Source: Anthoceros angustus (Eukaryota; Plantae; Anthocerotophyta). From it: a DNA stretch of 64,000 nucleotides. The DNA is taken from positions 2,195,478 through 2,259,477 of the forward strand of contig MU008158.1 of assembly GCA_010909165.1 (NCBI GenBank), written 5' to 3'. This document shows positions 25,088-38,500 of this stretch, piece after piece (the first letter of the stretch is position 1; the number at the start of each line of letters is the position of its first letter). The notes beneath the pieces are model-generated. The model made no database searches. It worked only from the letters and a program-made list of their open reading frames with translations, and was not told the origin of the DNA. The position numbers were made by a program, and so were the translations under genes.

Positions 25088-26513
25088 AGTACGGAGTAGG
25101 AACATGTAATGGTTGTGGTCTATGGTGTCGTCCCTGAGCTAGGGCATGCTGCACTCCGCTTGGGGAGTTGTATGCGTGAGACCACTTTTATTGAATTGAA
25201 TTGAACAGACCCCACTTCCTTGTACGTAGAGAACAAGCAAGGACATTTGTGTTTTTAATAATATGGGTAGGATATTCTAGTGACTTTCTTTGTGGAAAAG
25301 AATTTGTGAAGTTTAGTCCTTGTTCAAACAATTTTATTGACACTATCGATTAATTAGTTGATCATTTCTCTTGCTAGAGTTTTAGTTCTAGACTAGTCGA
25401 AACATTATTATCACAATCTATGTACTTGTCATATTTCATAAAAAATCATTAGGAAACTACGAGGAATGCCACGAGGTAACCACTTGCATTCATCTGAGCA
25501 TTTCCTCAACAAACAACCAAGCAAAACAAATCTAATACGCAAGTATAAGTGCAAACCGATGCGAGAGTGGTTTCGTATGGGTAACACAACTCTCCTCTAC
25601 GAGACAATGCAAATTTCTCACACATCGCTCTTAGAGTCGTAGCTTTGGCCTCCTCACAACACTCTTGTATTGCATATATAGAGACAGTATGATCTCGCTG
25701 AAATCATGTGAAAATCTATATATCTGCTTGGCATCAGCAATGTATTTTAATTAATACTTACAATTAATTAATTAATTAATATAAGTGCTTTAAATTAATT
25801 AATATTAATTACTTATTTAAAATTAATTAATGAATGCTAATCAAATACTAAACCCAAGTGCAGAAATTAGTGTCACGTGGCATGACATACCCCATAAAGA
25901 CCATGCGTATAACTCTAGAAGGAAGGATTCCATATTGGATTCCAATCTTACATGTGAGGGATTCAATATTCATATTATACCAAATTTACAGTGAGTGCAC
26001 ATGGGCCGTGCTGATTCTATGTACATACATATTATGTACATTGGAACAAATTATTGATTTAGGTACAGTCTGGAATGTGAAAAATGTGTGTGAATGATAG
26101 CGGCCTGCCACATTGACCGTTTGACCGGATGGGAAAAAGGGAAGGTTCCAAGTGCCAGGCTGTGGGTGTCGCACCGAGAGAAACAGATTGGTGGCACGAG
26201 GTTTGCGGCCTGGCCAGTCAAGCTGCTGCTGATTTGTTCTTTGGGGAGAGGAGGTTTGCAGGCGGTGAGGTTACGACCGAGCGCATAAGCTACTAGCATC
26301 GTGTCAGGAGTGGTGAGGAGCCGGGGCCACGCCACTCTCGAATGTTGTGCTAGTGATCCGCTTTCAAGATTCATGATCCTGCCCAGTCCCAGCTGAGAAG
26401 GTGGCGTGCTTGCGATCCTGCCATTCGGTGGGATTTTGGGTCCACTCGGTCGCCGTTGTTTTCACCTGACATTTCCCCCTCACTTGTACTATGTGCTGCT
26501 GTGTGGCAGACAT

Positions 26514-29500
26514 GAATGTCCGTCGAATGCTGCAAGAGGCCCAAGTGAGGTGGCTCAAACCTCCGGAGGTCTGCGACATAATTGAGAACTACCAACAGCA
26601 CAACTTCTCCCTTAGTACATCGCCTCCGAATAAGCCAGGAAGTATGAACCGTCTTGGCTTGCCTCAGCTCAATTCTGTCTGAGCGCGGAAAGTGTGCCTC
26701 GACTGTGCTGTGGCGTGTTAGTGTGGCACAGTCTGAATCGCACAGTCTCCTGTGCAGTGCCGGCTCGGGTTTTCCCTCCGCTGAATTGTGGTGGTGCTGT
26801 GCCAGATGGGGCCCTGTTTCTCTTTGATCGGAAGGTGCAACGCTATTTCCGCAAGGACGGCCATAACTGGCGGAAGAAGCGCGATAATAGGACTGTTCGG
26901 GAAGCTCACGAGCGCCTAAAGGTGTGAAGAGACTTTTAGTCCAGCTGGTGGCTTCAGATATAAGTTTGAGAGCAAGGAGCTGCTCCTGTAGGGGTTGTTA
27001 GTGCATTATCTGTTTGGTTTTGGGACGAGTGGTGGAGTGAACATGTAGCCCTGAATATCTGGTGATGCAGTCAGGTAGTGTCGATGTTCTGCACTGCTAC
27101 TATGCGCATGGTCAGGAGGACTACAAATTCCAACGTCGTTGCTATTGGATGCTTGACCCGTAAGATGCTGTTCTTAGATCACCCTTTGATAGTATGTCAG
27201 TTCACATGGTTATGAAAGCAATTGAGTAGGAAAAGCTGTTTGGAAGATTGCTGCGCCTTTCAAACTTGGCGGAATGGTGTGGAACGTTGGCTACCATCCA
27301 GAGAATGATCATTTATAAGCCGGCTGTTTCTACCGTTCGGCAGGGCATTGGAGCATATTGTCCTTGTCCACTATCGGCAGACCACTGAGGTATGTTGCGG
27401 AAATATCTGTGCTAGAATGAGGGAGTCTTGAGATGGTTTGTGGTTTGTGGCCGGTTTGTTTGTATACAACCACCCTACTCACTCAGTAAAACTCAGTTTT
27501 AATCATTCTGGAGTGCAAGTGTGGTGCCGTTCATGAACTCATGGTGGAAGAATGTATGGCACATTGGACTAATGTTGGCCACAACTTTTGTAGGGCGGGA
27601 AATGTCGTGCAGTTGATGGACCCACTGGAAATGGGGGCCAGCAGCCCTCACCATCCTTTTCTGGTGAAAGTGGTGAGAGGGAACCTGAAGATCCTGAGTT
27701 CAATGAGTTATTAGACGTTGACAGCGAGCCATCGGCTGAAGATCAAGCTGGTTATCAGGATTCCTTTGACGAACAGCTTGATGCTCGGTTCCCTGAAGGT
27801 CAAGCAGGTTTGCCCTTGGGTGGTACAAATACTGGATGGGCTTCTTCCTCCACAATCGGTGGAACGGGAGTGCACCCTGTCCAGTTTGGTAGTGTGGGGA
27901 GTTCCTCTTTGCGTACTCCAGCTTGCTACTCACTTACTGGCATCGAGGCAATTCTTAATGATCCTTCAGGTATGGCATTCTTAACGTGATACAATGTTGC
28001 AGGTACTTGTGGCTGTGGCTGGGAAGTGCTTCATGAAAACTGATGGTATTGTTGCTCACGAAGTCGAAAAGATAGTAAGGGGTGCTGTCTGTGGAGATAA
28101 CTGCCAAGGCTGTAGCTGGTGTTGCTGGTTGCTCAGGCTGTATCTGCATTGTTTCTGTTCCAGATGGAGTAGGCAATGGACCCTGGGATTTGTCACCGTG
28201 GGAGAACATACTCTCTAACAGTAACAGGGTCCCTGGGGCTGGAACTGTGAAGAAAGAGTTTGAAGGCACTGGCGAGTTGGAACCAACATATCAGGAAAGA
28301 CAAGGAGTTATGTCAGATTTACCTCAAAGCAATACAGGTGGATTAGATGTAGGGAGAATCTCTCCTTTGAGTCATGCAGATGTGCCTCCGTCTAGGCAAG
28401 ATACAGACACAGGATTGGAAATTTTCAACAAATCTTTCTTAGTCTTGCAATCAAGGCCTGCTGAGGTAGGAACATTTCCTGGAAGCCTACTTGCGTTCTG
28501 CTCTTTAATTTTCCAGTCCTGGTGACCGATGTAGATTTTGTGTGGCTACTGGCAGTTGAGGATCTTTGTGTGTTAGAATTTAAACCTCGAACAGTTGTGC
28601 ATATATAGGGTCATAGAGGTCTGTGCTACACTCTTTTGGAGAAGTTTTTGCAGTTGCTTACTTTGGCACTGATGGCTCCTGGCATTGGATGGCACAGCCT
28701 ATTATTACAAGCTGGGGCCATTGGCCTAAGCATAGTGAGGGAAGGGAGCAATACGTGAATAATGCACAAGCGAATGAACTGTTGGCGTCTCAAACGGCTC
28801 AAAAGGCGGGAGATCCATTCCCTTCTGGTTCACAGTATATCGGGACGGTTTTTCCACCAGAAGTGGCTGCTGCAGTGAACAATGGTACTGAAAGAATTGG
28901 GCAAGGCTTCAAAAAGATGGACAGTTTCAACAAATGGGTGGAGGATTCTCTAGTTGGTGATGACTCTCTAGTATCTCGTCCTGGTCATACAGGACCTGAA
29001 TGGCCTGTAAGTTTGGCAGACAACTCGGCTGGAGAGCTTTCAAGTGATATGATGCTCGATGTTGGTGTTGTCAGCCCCGCACTGTCACAGCAACAGAAGT
29101 TCAATATCTTGGAATTCTCACCAGAGTGGTCCTTCTCTTCAATTAAAACAAAGGTGAGTTAATTCATCTAAAGTGAGTTGTTGGTAAATCTCAGTGACTG
29201 CCACTCGTCATAGATTATCTTACCTTTAAAAATGCAGGTTCTCATTACTGGGATTTTTCTGGATTCTTCACAAGATCCTTCCAATTGTAAATGGAGTGTG
29301 ATGTTTGGCGAGGTGGAGGTCTCAGCAGTTTATCTCCCCACAGGAGTGCTTTCATGCACCACTCCTGTCCAAGATGCAGGCAGGGTGCCATTCTACATCA
29401 CCTGCAGTAATAGAGAGGCATGCAGTCAAGTCAGGGAATTCGAGTTCCGCATCAATCCTGCTCTAAGTCCCAAGGACACCTGTGCGTTAGTTAACGATCT

Positions 29501-31227
29501 GTCCTTGCAGACAAGGTTATCACAGATGCTGCTAGGCAGAGTAAAATCACCTAGAGTTTCCAATGAGGGTCCAAATATTGGCTCAGTGGCTATGCAGGAT
29601 GTTGTTTCAAATAAAGAGTGGTCTAATGTACAGTCTGCACTGGAGGGCCCAAGTCCGCAGGTGGCAAAGGACTTGCTATGTTCGATTTATTTGAGGCGAC
29701 TGTTCAAGCATTGGCTTCATGCAAAAATGCTAGAAGGCGAAAAAGAATTTCGATTTTTTGATGAAAAAGGTCAAGGAGTGCTCCACTTAGTAGCTGCACT
29801 TGGCTACTCCTGGGGGATAAGCCCTCTGTTGGCAGCTGGTTCTGGAATCAATTTTCGTGATACTCGTGGTTGGACTGCTCTTCACTGGGCAGCTGCACAT
29901 GGAAGGTACGTTTTTATTGCTGTGTGGACAACACTGGTTACTTTTTAGGTTTGCACTACAGTTTTAACAGGTCGGAGATGCGGAGGCATTTGAGTCGTTG
30001 GTGGTCCACTACTTTCTGGTTGAACTTATGACACCATGCTTCTCTTGCAGGGAGGAGGCTGTTGCACTGTTGCTTGCTTCTGGAGCAGCACCAGCTTTAA
30101 AAACTGACCCCACACCCAAAGAACCAGCTGGTCACACCCCTGCGGATTTAGCTCAAGCTCATGGATATGCAGGAATTGCTGCCTATTTAGCGGAGGCAGC
30201 ATTAACATCTCGGTTGTCTGCCATAACTCTTTCTGACAACAATTTGAATAGGGTGGTTGTGGGTACTCCTCCACCTCTCAAAATCGATACTTTTGCAGGT
30301 GGCGATCTCAAAACTGGTTCAGATGAATCATATCTACTGCAGACTTGCTCTGCTGTGGAAAAGGCTACGAAAGCAGCATTAGAGATACAGGCTTTGAATC
30401 GGCAGAAGTCATTGATCAGACAGCAGCAAACAGAGAGAAATATTGCACATGGGCAGTTTGACAGTATTCAATTGGCTAACGAGCAACTTCGGCAGATGTA
30501 TGCAGCGAAGGCAATACAAAAAGCATTCAGGGGTCACCACACAAAGCAAAAGTTAAGGCTGAACTCAGCAGCTATCCTTATTCAGCGGAAGTATCGAGGG
30601 TACAAAGGACGAAAAGCATTCTTGAACCTTCGCAGCAAAGTTGTCCAGATTCAGGTGAATTACAGACGGCCCCAGTTGTCCAATTCAGCTTGCAGAGAAA
30701 CATGTACGCTTGAAAGATTGCTGTGAGGAAAAGTTAGGAGACTCATATAGTGGCTTCTTCTTTGTGTTAATGCTTGGGTGTGCTATTTTCACAGGCAACT
30801 GTTAGGGGACACCTAGTCCGGAAGCAATACAGGAAACTGTTGTGGTCAGTTGGGATCTTGGAGAAGGCTGTTCTGAGATGGCTCCGAAAAAGAACGGGAT
30901 TCCGGAATCTCCATATTCCGAACAATGATTCCGAGCTGGAGGACATTAGGACGCCTTTGAAAGACCGGTTCAACCGAGAAATTTGGGAGGATGTTGAGAA
31001 GATCAGAAGTATAGGTAATGATAAATCAGCTTATGACGCCTACAACCGTGTCAAGATACTGGAGCAACATGGGGTAAGTAGAACGCTCAACATAGCGTAA
31101 CGGTGCAGATACAATGTGCTGTACATCTTCACTGAGGTTTGTTGCACTGTGTTTCCAGGCTGAGCAGCTTTCAAGTCCATTAGGATCTTCGGGAGTAGAT
31201 CGGGACACGAAGATGCTATTCGAGTAG
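26514..31227 (+). CDS. CAMTA: Calmodulin-binding transcription activator (CG-1, TIG, ankyrin, IQ/CaM-binding), multi-exon; start uncertain
   Basis: EAQVRWLKPPEVCDI, LFLFDRKVQRYFRKDGHNWRKK, VLHCYYAHG...FQRRCYWML, EHIVLVHY, FNILEFSPEWSFS, VLITGIF, GWTALHWAAAHG, IQRKYRGYKGRK and WSVGILEKAVLRW. Confidence 0.96.
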
Positions 31228-32217
31228 TGTTAACTATCAGTCTTGAAGCAGGGACACGCAGGTACCGGAAGAACATGGCAGCACCGTAGGTGAGTCATTT
31301 TCAGTGGCTCCTATATCTGACATTTGCGAATAGCTAGCAGAGTAACACTTCGTCCCGGCCTCCCCTTTCTTCCCTCCCAAGAAACAACAGGAGGGTTCGT
31401 AGATATTAACTGTTTTTGTGTTTGTGTAAAAGCAGAAATGGAATTCGTGGAAATAGTGGTAGACGAATCTTCATCGCCTGATGGTTATGTATCAATAAAA
31501 CTCATCTTAGCGGAAAAGTGTAAGCATTTTTGTTTCACTAAGCATTTTGCTTTTGTAGAAGATATTTCTTTGTACATTTTGCTACAATGAACGTTTTCCA
31601 GAACCCTCTCTCCTTTGTATGCAAGGCTTGAATGGAAACTGTTCGTCTTTCGCCTGCCAACTTTCACTGCCAGCTTCGGATAATTTGTTTCGCAACTAAC
31701 ACTTTTCTTCCCACTCCCAACACCATCGCATACCTTAAATTCCACTCAATGTTCGTCTTAATTTGATCTGCGTACGACTGCCGCCTTGTCCTTTAGAGAA
31801 ACACCTTCACAACGTTCTCTGTAGACCTCACAGAAATTATCATACCCATCTCAAAAACTTCCGAACCAGCAGATATAGATTTGGATATCCTGTGAGGAGC
31901 ACAGAACCGATAACACTCCTAGCCACCGCAGAGCGCCCAAAGCTGTCAAATACAAGAAAAGGATAAGATAAAACCAGTACAGCACAAAAAGAAGCCCACC
32001 ATATTTCATACAAGAAACCTTCTGCTCTAAAACAGCAACTTTCACCTGTACATTGGTTACGTATGACCGCTGCTGTGCCAACGATAGTCTGGATCTGATT
32101 GCATCAAAGTTGCCCTTAAATGGGAAACTTCAGGTGTGCACCGGCCTAACAAAAGTTGATAGCATGTGGAGGTCGCCAAATCAATTTGACAAAAACCAAG
32201 AACACTGCATCGATTCC

Positions 32218-34761
32218 TCACAACCCTTCAGAATCATCACCCCTCAAGGCAGTGCCATTTAAAAAATTGCGGATGCGGACAACACCGGCTGCCCCTAAAC
32301 AACTGCCAGTGACAAGTTGTGTACCCCGCACTGCTATTGCTGAGACTCCAACACGTCCATATAGATGCTGATCGTCCACTGTTTCCAAAGTGTTTAGCGC
32401 ATGCCCAGTAGTAACATCCCACACATGTACATTGCTGTCTTCCTGGCCCCCTGTGACTACCTTGTATGAATCCAAATAAACACTAGTAACAGGACCAGTA
32501 TGCTTACTGAAGACTGCTAATGGTCCTGGATGGTTTTCCATTTTACGTACATCCCACAGCTTTGCGGTTCTGCACATCCACCAGAAAATGTCACTTGCAT
32601 GCAGCACACTACAAAAATTTGGAAATCAAGGAGATTCCAACCCCTGCCATCGCTGCAAACAACCCAAACATAGACACGGCTACTCATTCTCACCCATCAT
32701 TGCCTCCAGTACAGATCAATGACTTCGACGGACCAATGGCGAAGGACACAACGCCAGAGTCGTGAGTTGCAACTGTGGCAACAGTTCTCATAGTTCGCAG
32801 ATCGATGACTGCTGCAGTAGACCCACCCACAACATAACAAACAGTCCCATCACACCTTAAAGCGGCTGGAGGGCCTGGGCTGCTCGTTGACCCCACACAA
32901 GAGGCTGTTGCAGACAATGATACTGCAGCTGTGTCCCATACACGTACCTGAAAAAAACGATATCTAACCTTTATAAACAGACTTTCTGCTTACGGTGCAT
33001 TAAGATAAAACATTAGCTATGTAGGTGCATATCACTTGCTCAATCAAGTCTTCACTTGCTCAGACTGCAGCAAGTAACACAGCTAGGTGGAGTTGCTTCT
33101 CATTTCACCTTTAAATCCTTTCCAGCACTAACAAGCAGTGACGGGTTATGCCTGCACAAAGAAACAGTCACCCAGTCAGGAGCCTACGTGGTAGAACTAG
33201 ACAAGCCCATATCCATGAAAAAACAAACGTTTTCTTTTATGCAAAGCACAAAGTATAAAGTGGAACAGATTTGCACCCTGCAACAGCTAATTCTCTGACG
33301 AAATTCTTATGGCTATGTAGTGTCCCAAGCAGGGGAGAGCGTCCACGATTGGATGTTGATGAGAGCGCCCACAATCTGATAGTCCCATCTAGCCCTCCAC
33401 TAGCCAAAACTGTATTATCTCCCAGCAATTTGTCTGCAAGTGTGCTTACAGGTCCAGTATGCCCACGGAACGTCTGAATATTTCTCCTCTTCGCTCCCGT
33501 CCAACAACATGACAACATGTAATGTTCCAAATAAGACAAATCTCTGGATGGCATGCGATGTACTAAAACAACAGGGTTAGGCAAGCATTGGAAGTACCGT
33601 GCCCCACAGGCGAATTGTATGATCACAACTAGATGACACGAGGAGGCTGTCTTCTCTTCTCGAAGAACTTTTGAATGTTCCAGGTCCGACAAAAGGAAAA
33701 ACTCTGCGATCAAAAGCTACAAATGACTGTCCTAGAGAAAAAATTCAAACCCAATAAGAGAGAAGCATAGTCAAGCTGCCTACCTCATACAAGTGATGCG
33801 GGCATTATGATCACGGAGGTAGCCAACCATGCTTGGAGCACTGTCACCTGGACCTAGCTTCCACACCGAAATATTTTGACCCTGCAATGTAACAATTGAC
33901 CTATATGAGAGCCTTGTCTTTCTTCATCAAATAAGAACCATCTACGAAAACTCAGCGTGCTCACTAACCTGTGCAATTGTCACTCTGTCATCTTCCAGAA
34001 CAAGGTGGCTAACAGGAGAAGGTGAAATCTGAACCTGCCAGTCAACAGGATCCATGAAACGAAATTGGTGAGTAGCTCTGTGGCGGGCAACGTATGCTTC
34101 TCTTCCTCCTGAGTTTATATCCTGTCCCCCGAGTATCTGTTTGGCTGGCCACCGTTTCCTGCACATAGGAAACAGCAACAGAGTCATTGATGAAGTTATA
34201 CACGGACAACTAGCGCAAGACTGAAGGGCCCAACCCTGTAGACCTAAGGGACAGTGGAGGGTTTGAGCTAAACCTGCACTGAATTTGCCACACAGTGTCG
34301 GAATAAGCTGCCTCTCTGAATTTCCGACACGAAAGTGCCATGTTGGCCAGATCACGTAGTCCTACCTGTGATGCACAAAGTATAAGAACGTCCATATCAA
34401 GGTCAAGAACCTGTGTCTTGCTGTCCATCTTCAACTTTTCCTCCCGGCTAACTTTGTCAGACAGATTTTTCCTTGTGCCCCTGATCACGGTATCATGTTC
34501 AAAGTCATCTGATGCATCTCGCTGTGCTGTAGCTGCCTCCATTCCCGTAGAGCGCCCACTAAAATTCCCACTCGCTTGCACCCCATGGAATCCATCTGCA
34601 ACAAATCCCCCTCCATACAGATATTCCCCTGATGCATCCACTGGTGAAGGTGCTCCAGCAGCTGGTCTCTCCTTGCAAATACACGACAACTCCCACAAAC
34701 ATGCCCCTACATAGGACGTGCTTCTCCTATCGTCAGTCGAAGCAGAGTCGAAGGTTGACAT
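32218..34761 (-). CDS. F-box/WD40-repeat protein, multi-exon; start could be 34761 or a downstream ATG
   Basis: F-box LDLDMDVLILCASQVGLRDLANMALSCRKFREAAYSDTVWQ, then EAYVARHRATHQFRFMDP, FRGHTGPVSTLADKLLG..LASGGLDGTIRLW, IDLRTM, LICTGG and KLWDVR...HTGPVTSVYLDSYKVVTGG. Confidence 0.9.
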
Positions 34762-36889
34762 GACCTTACTGACATCACATCAAGGCTCGGCAACTTCTCT
34801 CTCTCTCTCTCCTCTGGAAGAATGTCCTGTCTTCCCAGCCAACTTGGATACCTGCACACGACCTCCATGTGGGTTAAACAAATTCCTTGACCACGTTCTC
34901 GGCCAGCTTGATATTACAATCATACATTTTTTGGAACCGGTCCTGAGCAATGCCTTCATTCATGTGATCAGGTCAACCTACACCCCAAAACGGGATTCAG
35001 GAAACTACCCTAGTCCCCAATTCCCGAAACTCCAACCCCAATTCACCTTGTGGTCACTGACAGCTTCGGAATCCGATGGCTCCTTGGTAGCGTGAGTGAT
35101 CAAGGCCAGAATCCAGTGATGCATTCCAGAAAACCAAGCAAAGATCTCACCCAAAACTGATCTACAAAAATCTAGGACTTTGGAGAAATAGCTCCTGAGA
35201 TCGACAACTGCAGCTGGGCCGACGAGAAAGGGTTCAATCATCAGCTGGTTAGGAGATCAGTTGGAGTGCCACCTGTTCAATGAAATCAAGGTGATGAAAG
35301 AAAGGCCCCCAGCATTTTGAGGCTCGAAGGATCCAAAGAGCTGGATTCAAAAGTCGACTACATACGAACAATTCTCAGGAAAGATGTCAGATTGTCACAA
35401 TCTTGGGAAAATCTCGGTGAATCCAAACAGCCCTGGGAAGAGAGACTCCAGAAGACCGAATTCCGCACACTGACCCTCCTAAATTCCACCATGCCGATCG
35501 TAACACAAGCGACACACCCACACGATTCACATCACACCTACAATAACGAGCACAGCAACACAAGACATGGGAGTCACGGCGGAGCTGGGATTCGACTATC
35601 AACGGAACGGGGCCAATGCAAAGCAGGAGCTTTAGCTACCTGGCTGGCTGGCGAGGCCGCAGGTGGCGCACTACGCATGCACAAATGTAACGGGCTTCTA
35701 TTCCCGTTCCGTGACTTTGATTGTTTCCCGTTTGAAAAAATAATAATGTTATTAAATAAGCTTAAAATGTGAAAACAAGATACTCAAAGGTCTCACTCTA
35801 TCAGACGTTGCGCGCCCCACTCATGTGGACCCACCTACATGGAATCTCCCGTAAAATAGGCAAGTAGACCACAGCAAGCAAGTGTTGAAATGATCCGTAG
35901 CGGGTTAGGGTATTTTGTAAAGCGAATAGGTGGGACAAAATAAGTAAAAGTGTTGGAATGACCCATACAAGCTTCTTGTTCTATGAGTGCGCATAGTAAA
36001 ATAATTAAAAGTATTGAAAAAATTCATGTATTTTTCTGATAAAATGTGCACGTAAAACAAAAGAAGTAAAAGTGTTGGGCATTTCCATCCCAAAGTAAGT
36101 TGAGTAAGCAATGGTCATTCCACTACGAGGTAAAAGTGTTAGAATTCCTATTCCAAAGTAAACATGCGTCCCTGCTAGTTGGTAAGTCATTGATGTTATG
36201 ATTTGGGGAATGGAAGGAATAGTGTGTGTTGGGAAACTAATTAACTGAAGGTGAGAGTGAAAGTTGGTTGGCGAAAGATGAATAAAACTTGCAGCAAGTT
36301 TTGTATTCAAAGAAAGGAATCGCTGTGTTTCATTCTATAGAACATTCATTGTAGTAAAATGTACAAAGAATTATTTCTTATGAAAAAAATGTTTATTGAA
36401 AATAAAATGATTACACCTTTCTGCTACTTCAAGTTTAGGTGATGGAAATCCCTTTAACGCTGCTTCCATGAATTCTATTTATGTTTTGACACAAACACAA
36501 AAAATATTGATATCTACTTGCTGCTTCAGGGAAGAAAGGGGAAGCCCGGACTGAGTGCTACTCTACTAGCCATTCACAAGGGCGATGCTAGATGCACCAG
36601 CTATAGAAGAAGTGAGAGAACAGCTCCAAACATAAAGCAATCAGATCAGATTCTTCCACAAGAATAAGGTTACAAGAACTTTGGTTTTGGGTCCCACAAC
36701 AAACTGGCTTCAAAAGAGGTTTTAGCAACTGTTCTTAATGTACAGGTGTGCACCGCAGGATCAGTCAGCATGACCCTCCGTGACATCTGCCCTGAGACGT
36801 CCTAGAAAATTCCAATCTCCCGCCGACTGGTGACATACATGGTTGCGGCTGCTGCTAGTTGAAGAGGCTTATGAGACAGGTAGTCTCAC

Positions 36890-36998
36890 AACGTCGGTGC
36901 CAATGATGAAGTCGTATGGGGGTTGACAGCCGCGATCTGAAGCTCGTTTCCCCAATCCAGCTCTGTTACTTTCCACAGATCCAACACGACAATTATAG
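36890..36998 (-). pseudogene. Methyltransf_16/METTL21-like lysine methyltransferase exon fragment with indels
   Basis: One frame reads VTELDWGNELQIAAVNP and the adjacent frame reads PYDFIIGTDV followed by a GT donor, matching the family motif ELDWGN...PPFDYVIGTDV. The N-terminal ELGAG motif was not found nearby. Confidence 0.7.
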
Positions 36999-37749
36999 CT
37001 AAACCTCATAGTGATCTCCATGACCAGTACCACAATTTGCAGATACACTACCCCAGATCCAGGATGTGAAGGATCGATCCCATGCGTAAGGCTCTGGAAT
37101 TGGCCAGTGCCTTTGGCCACCTGCTTGACCTCCTCGTGTCAACATCTTCTTCTACTGGCAAGCAGTAGGGACCTGAACGCATTTTCTTTTTTCTCAAACT
37201 AGCCTCTGGTTCAAACAGGGAACCCACTCAGATGACACGGAGGTGCCCTCGGCAGAGCTTGTCTCTGCCGAGTGCAAGGTCAGTCCACCTTCTTGCCTAC
37301 TCTGCAGTTTTGGAGCTTTGATGCTGTATCTGTTCCTTGCAATCCTAAGGGCTGACTACCCGTTGTCATTCCATCTTCACTCTTACCCTACAAACTGATT
37401 TCCATGCTGTCTCTCATACTCACTCGTTATACATACAGCCTGGATACCATACTGAACTCCCATGACCCCCTTGCTCATGACATCTAAGTCTAGACACTCC
37501 ACTCAAACCCAATTCACCAGCATCTGGCCCGGGCGGGCTGGCTGATGCAGAGACCGGGCGGTCTAAAAAGGACTGAACGAACCCTACACTCAAATCAACC
37601 AGGCCTGGCTAAGACTATAGTCTCGCACAAAGAAGCATAGACGAAACTGGTTACGTAACATCAGGCCGTGAAACTCAGCCACGTACATTGCAAAAATAGG
37701 ACAACTGAAAAAGAAGGGAAGGCGTAAGCGTTGAACGACGCTCACAAAT

Positions 37750-38500
37750 TGCTGGATCACTTCACTAGAATTGCGTCTACAAGCAAAAATTATTCCACTC
37801 AAGCATTTCGATCGACGCTGGATGTGACGCTTCTATATTGTAGCCCTTCATGCCTACATTATGGACCACAGATCTATATAGTGTGGCACAAATCTGATAT
37901 AAGCCTGAAGGGAGGCCACAACCACACGGGCATCTGGCTTCACACTGGATCTGCACACATGTACGATGATACAGCTGGATGGCATGCCTGTGTTGTCCCG
38001 GTGTTGCCTGTCTAGTCCCAAAAGGAGGAAGACCACATGAAGGCATCTAGTTCGGCCACCAATTCAAATACTTCCCTCCCAAATACATGCATTGCTTCTT
38101 GCGGTCTTCCATGAGAAGCATACATTTGGGGGATGTGAATCGCCCAGGAATGTGTCTGACTGATAGCCTTTTTTCACCGTAAAAGCATGGCTGCCCAGGT
38201 CCTTGTCCACTACACATTTTCCAGTGTGATGTAAACTAGAGATCTGCAAATAAAACGGTTTGTCTGCACCAGAAATTCCGAAGCCCCCACAGGATCACTG
38301 AGATGGCCCTTATACCTTGCTCACAGTATCAGCCAGTCATGTCCTTATCGTAACCTCCACGCCTGCGATGGTCAGGAAAATCCAGGATCCCTTGTGGTAC
38401 AAAGGTGGTGCATCTCGCGGCCTGGTTGTTTGCCAAAACTCAAGGAAGCAGAAACTCTTCCTCACAAGGGATCCAAACTCAATTCCGAGGCTCCAGACAG
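37750..38500 (-). pseudogene. PLS-class PPR gene remnant, copy 1
   Basis: Frameshifted fragments KGYQSDTFLG.., MYASHGRPQEAMHVF, GQHRHAIQLYHR...VKPDARVVVASLQA and RDAPPLYHK. Confidence 0.65.

Noticed and set aside
27585-27720. Suspected frameshift at a CAMTA exon start
   Set aside because: On re-reading, tag|GGC GGG AAA TGT continues in phase 0 through the exon.
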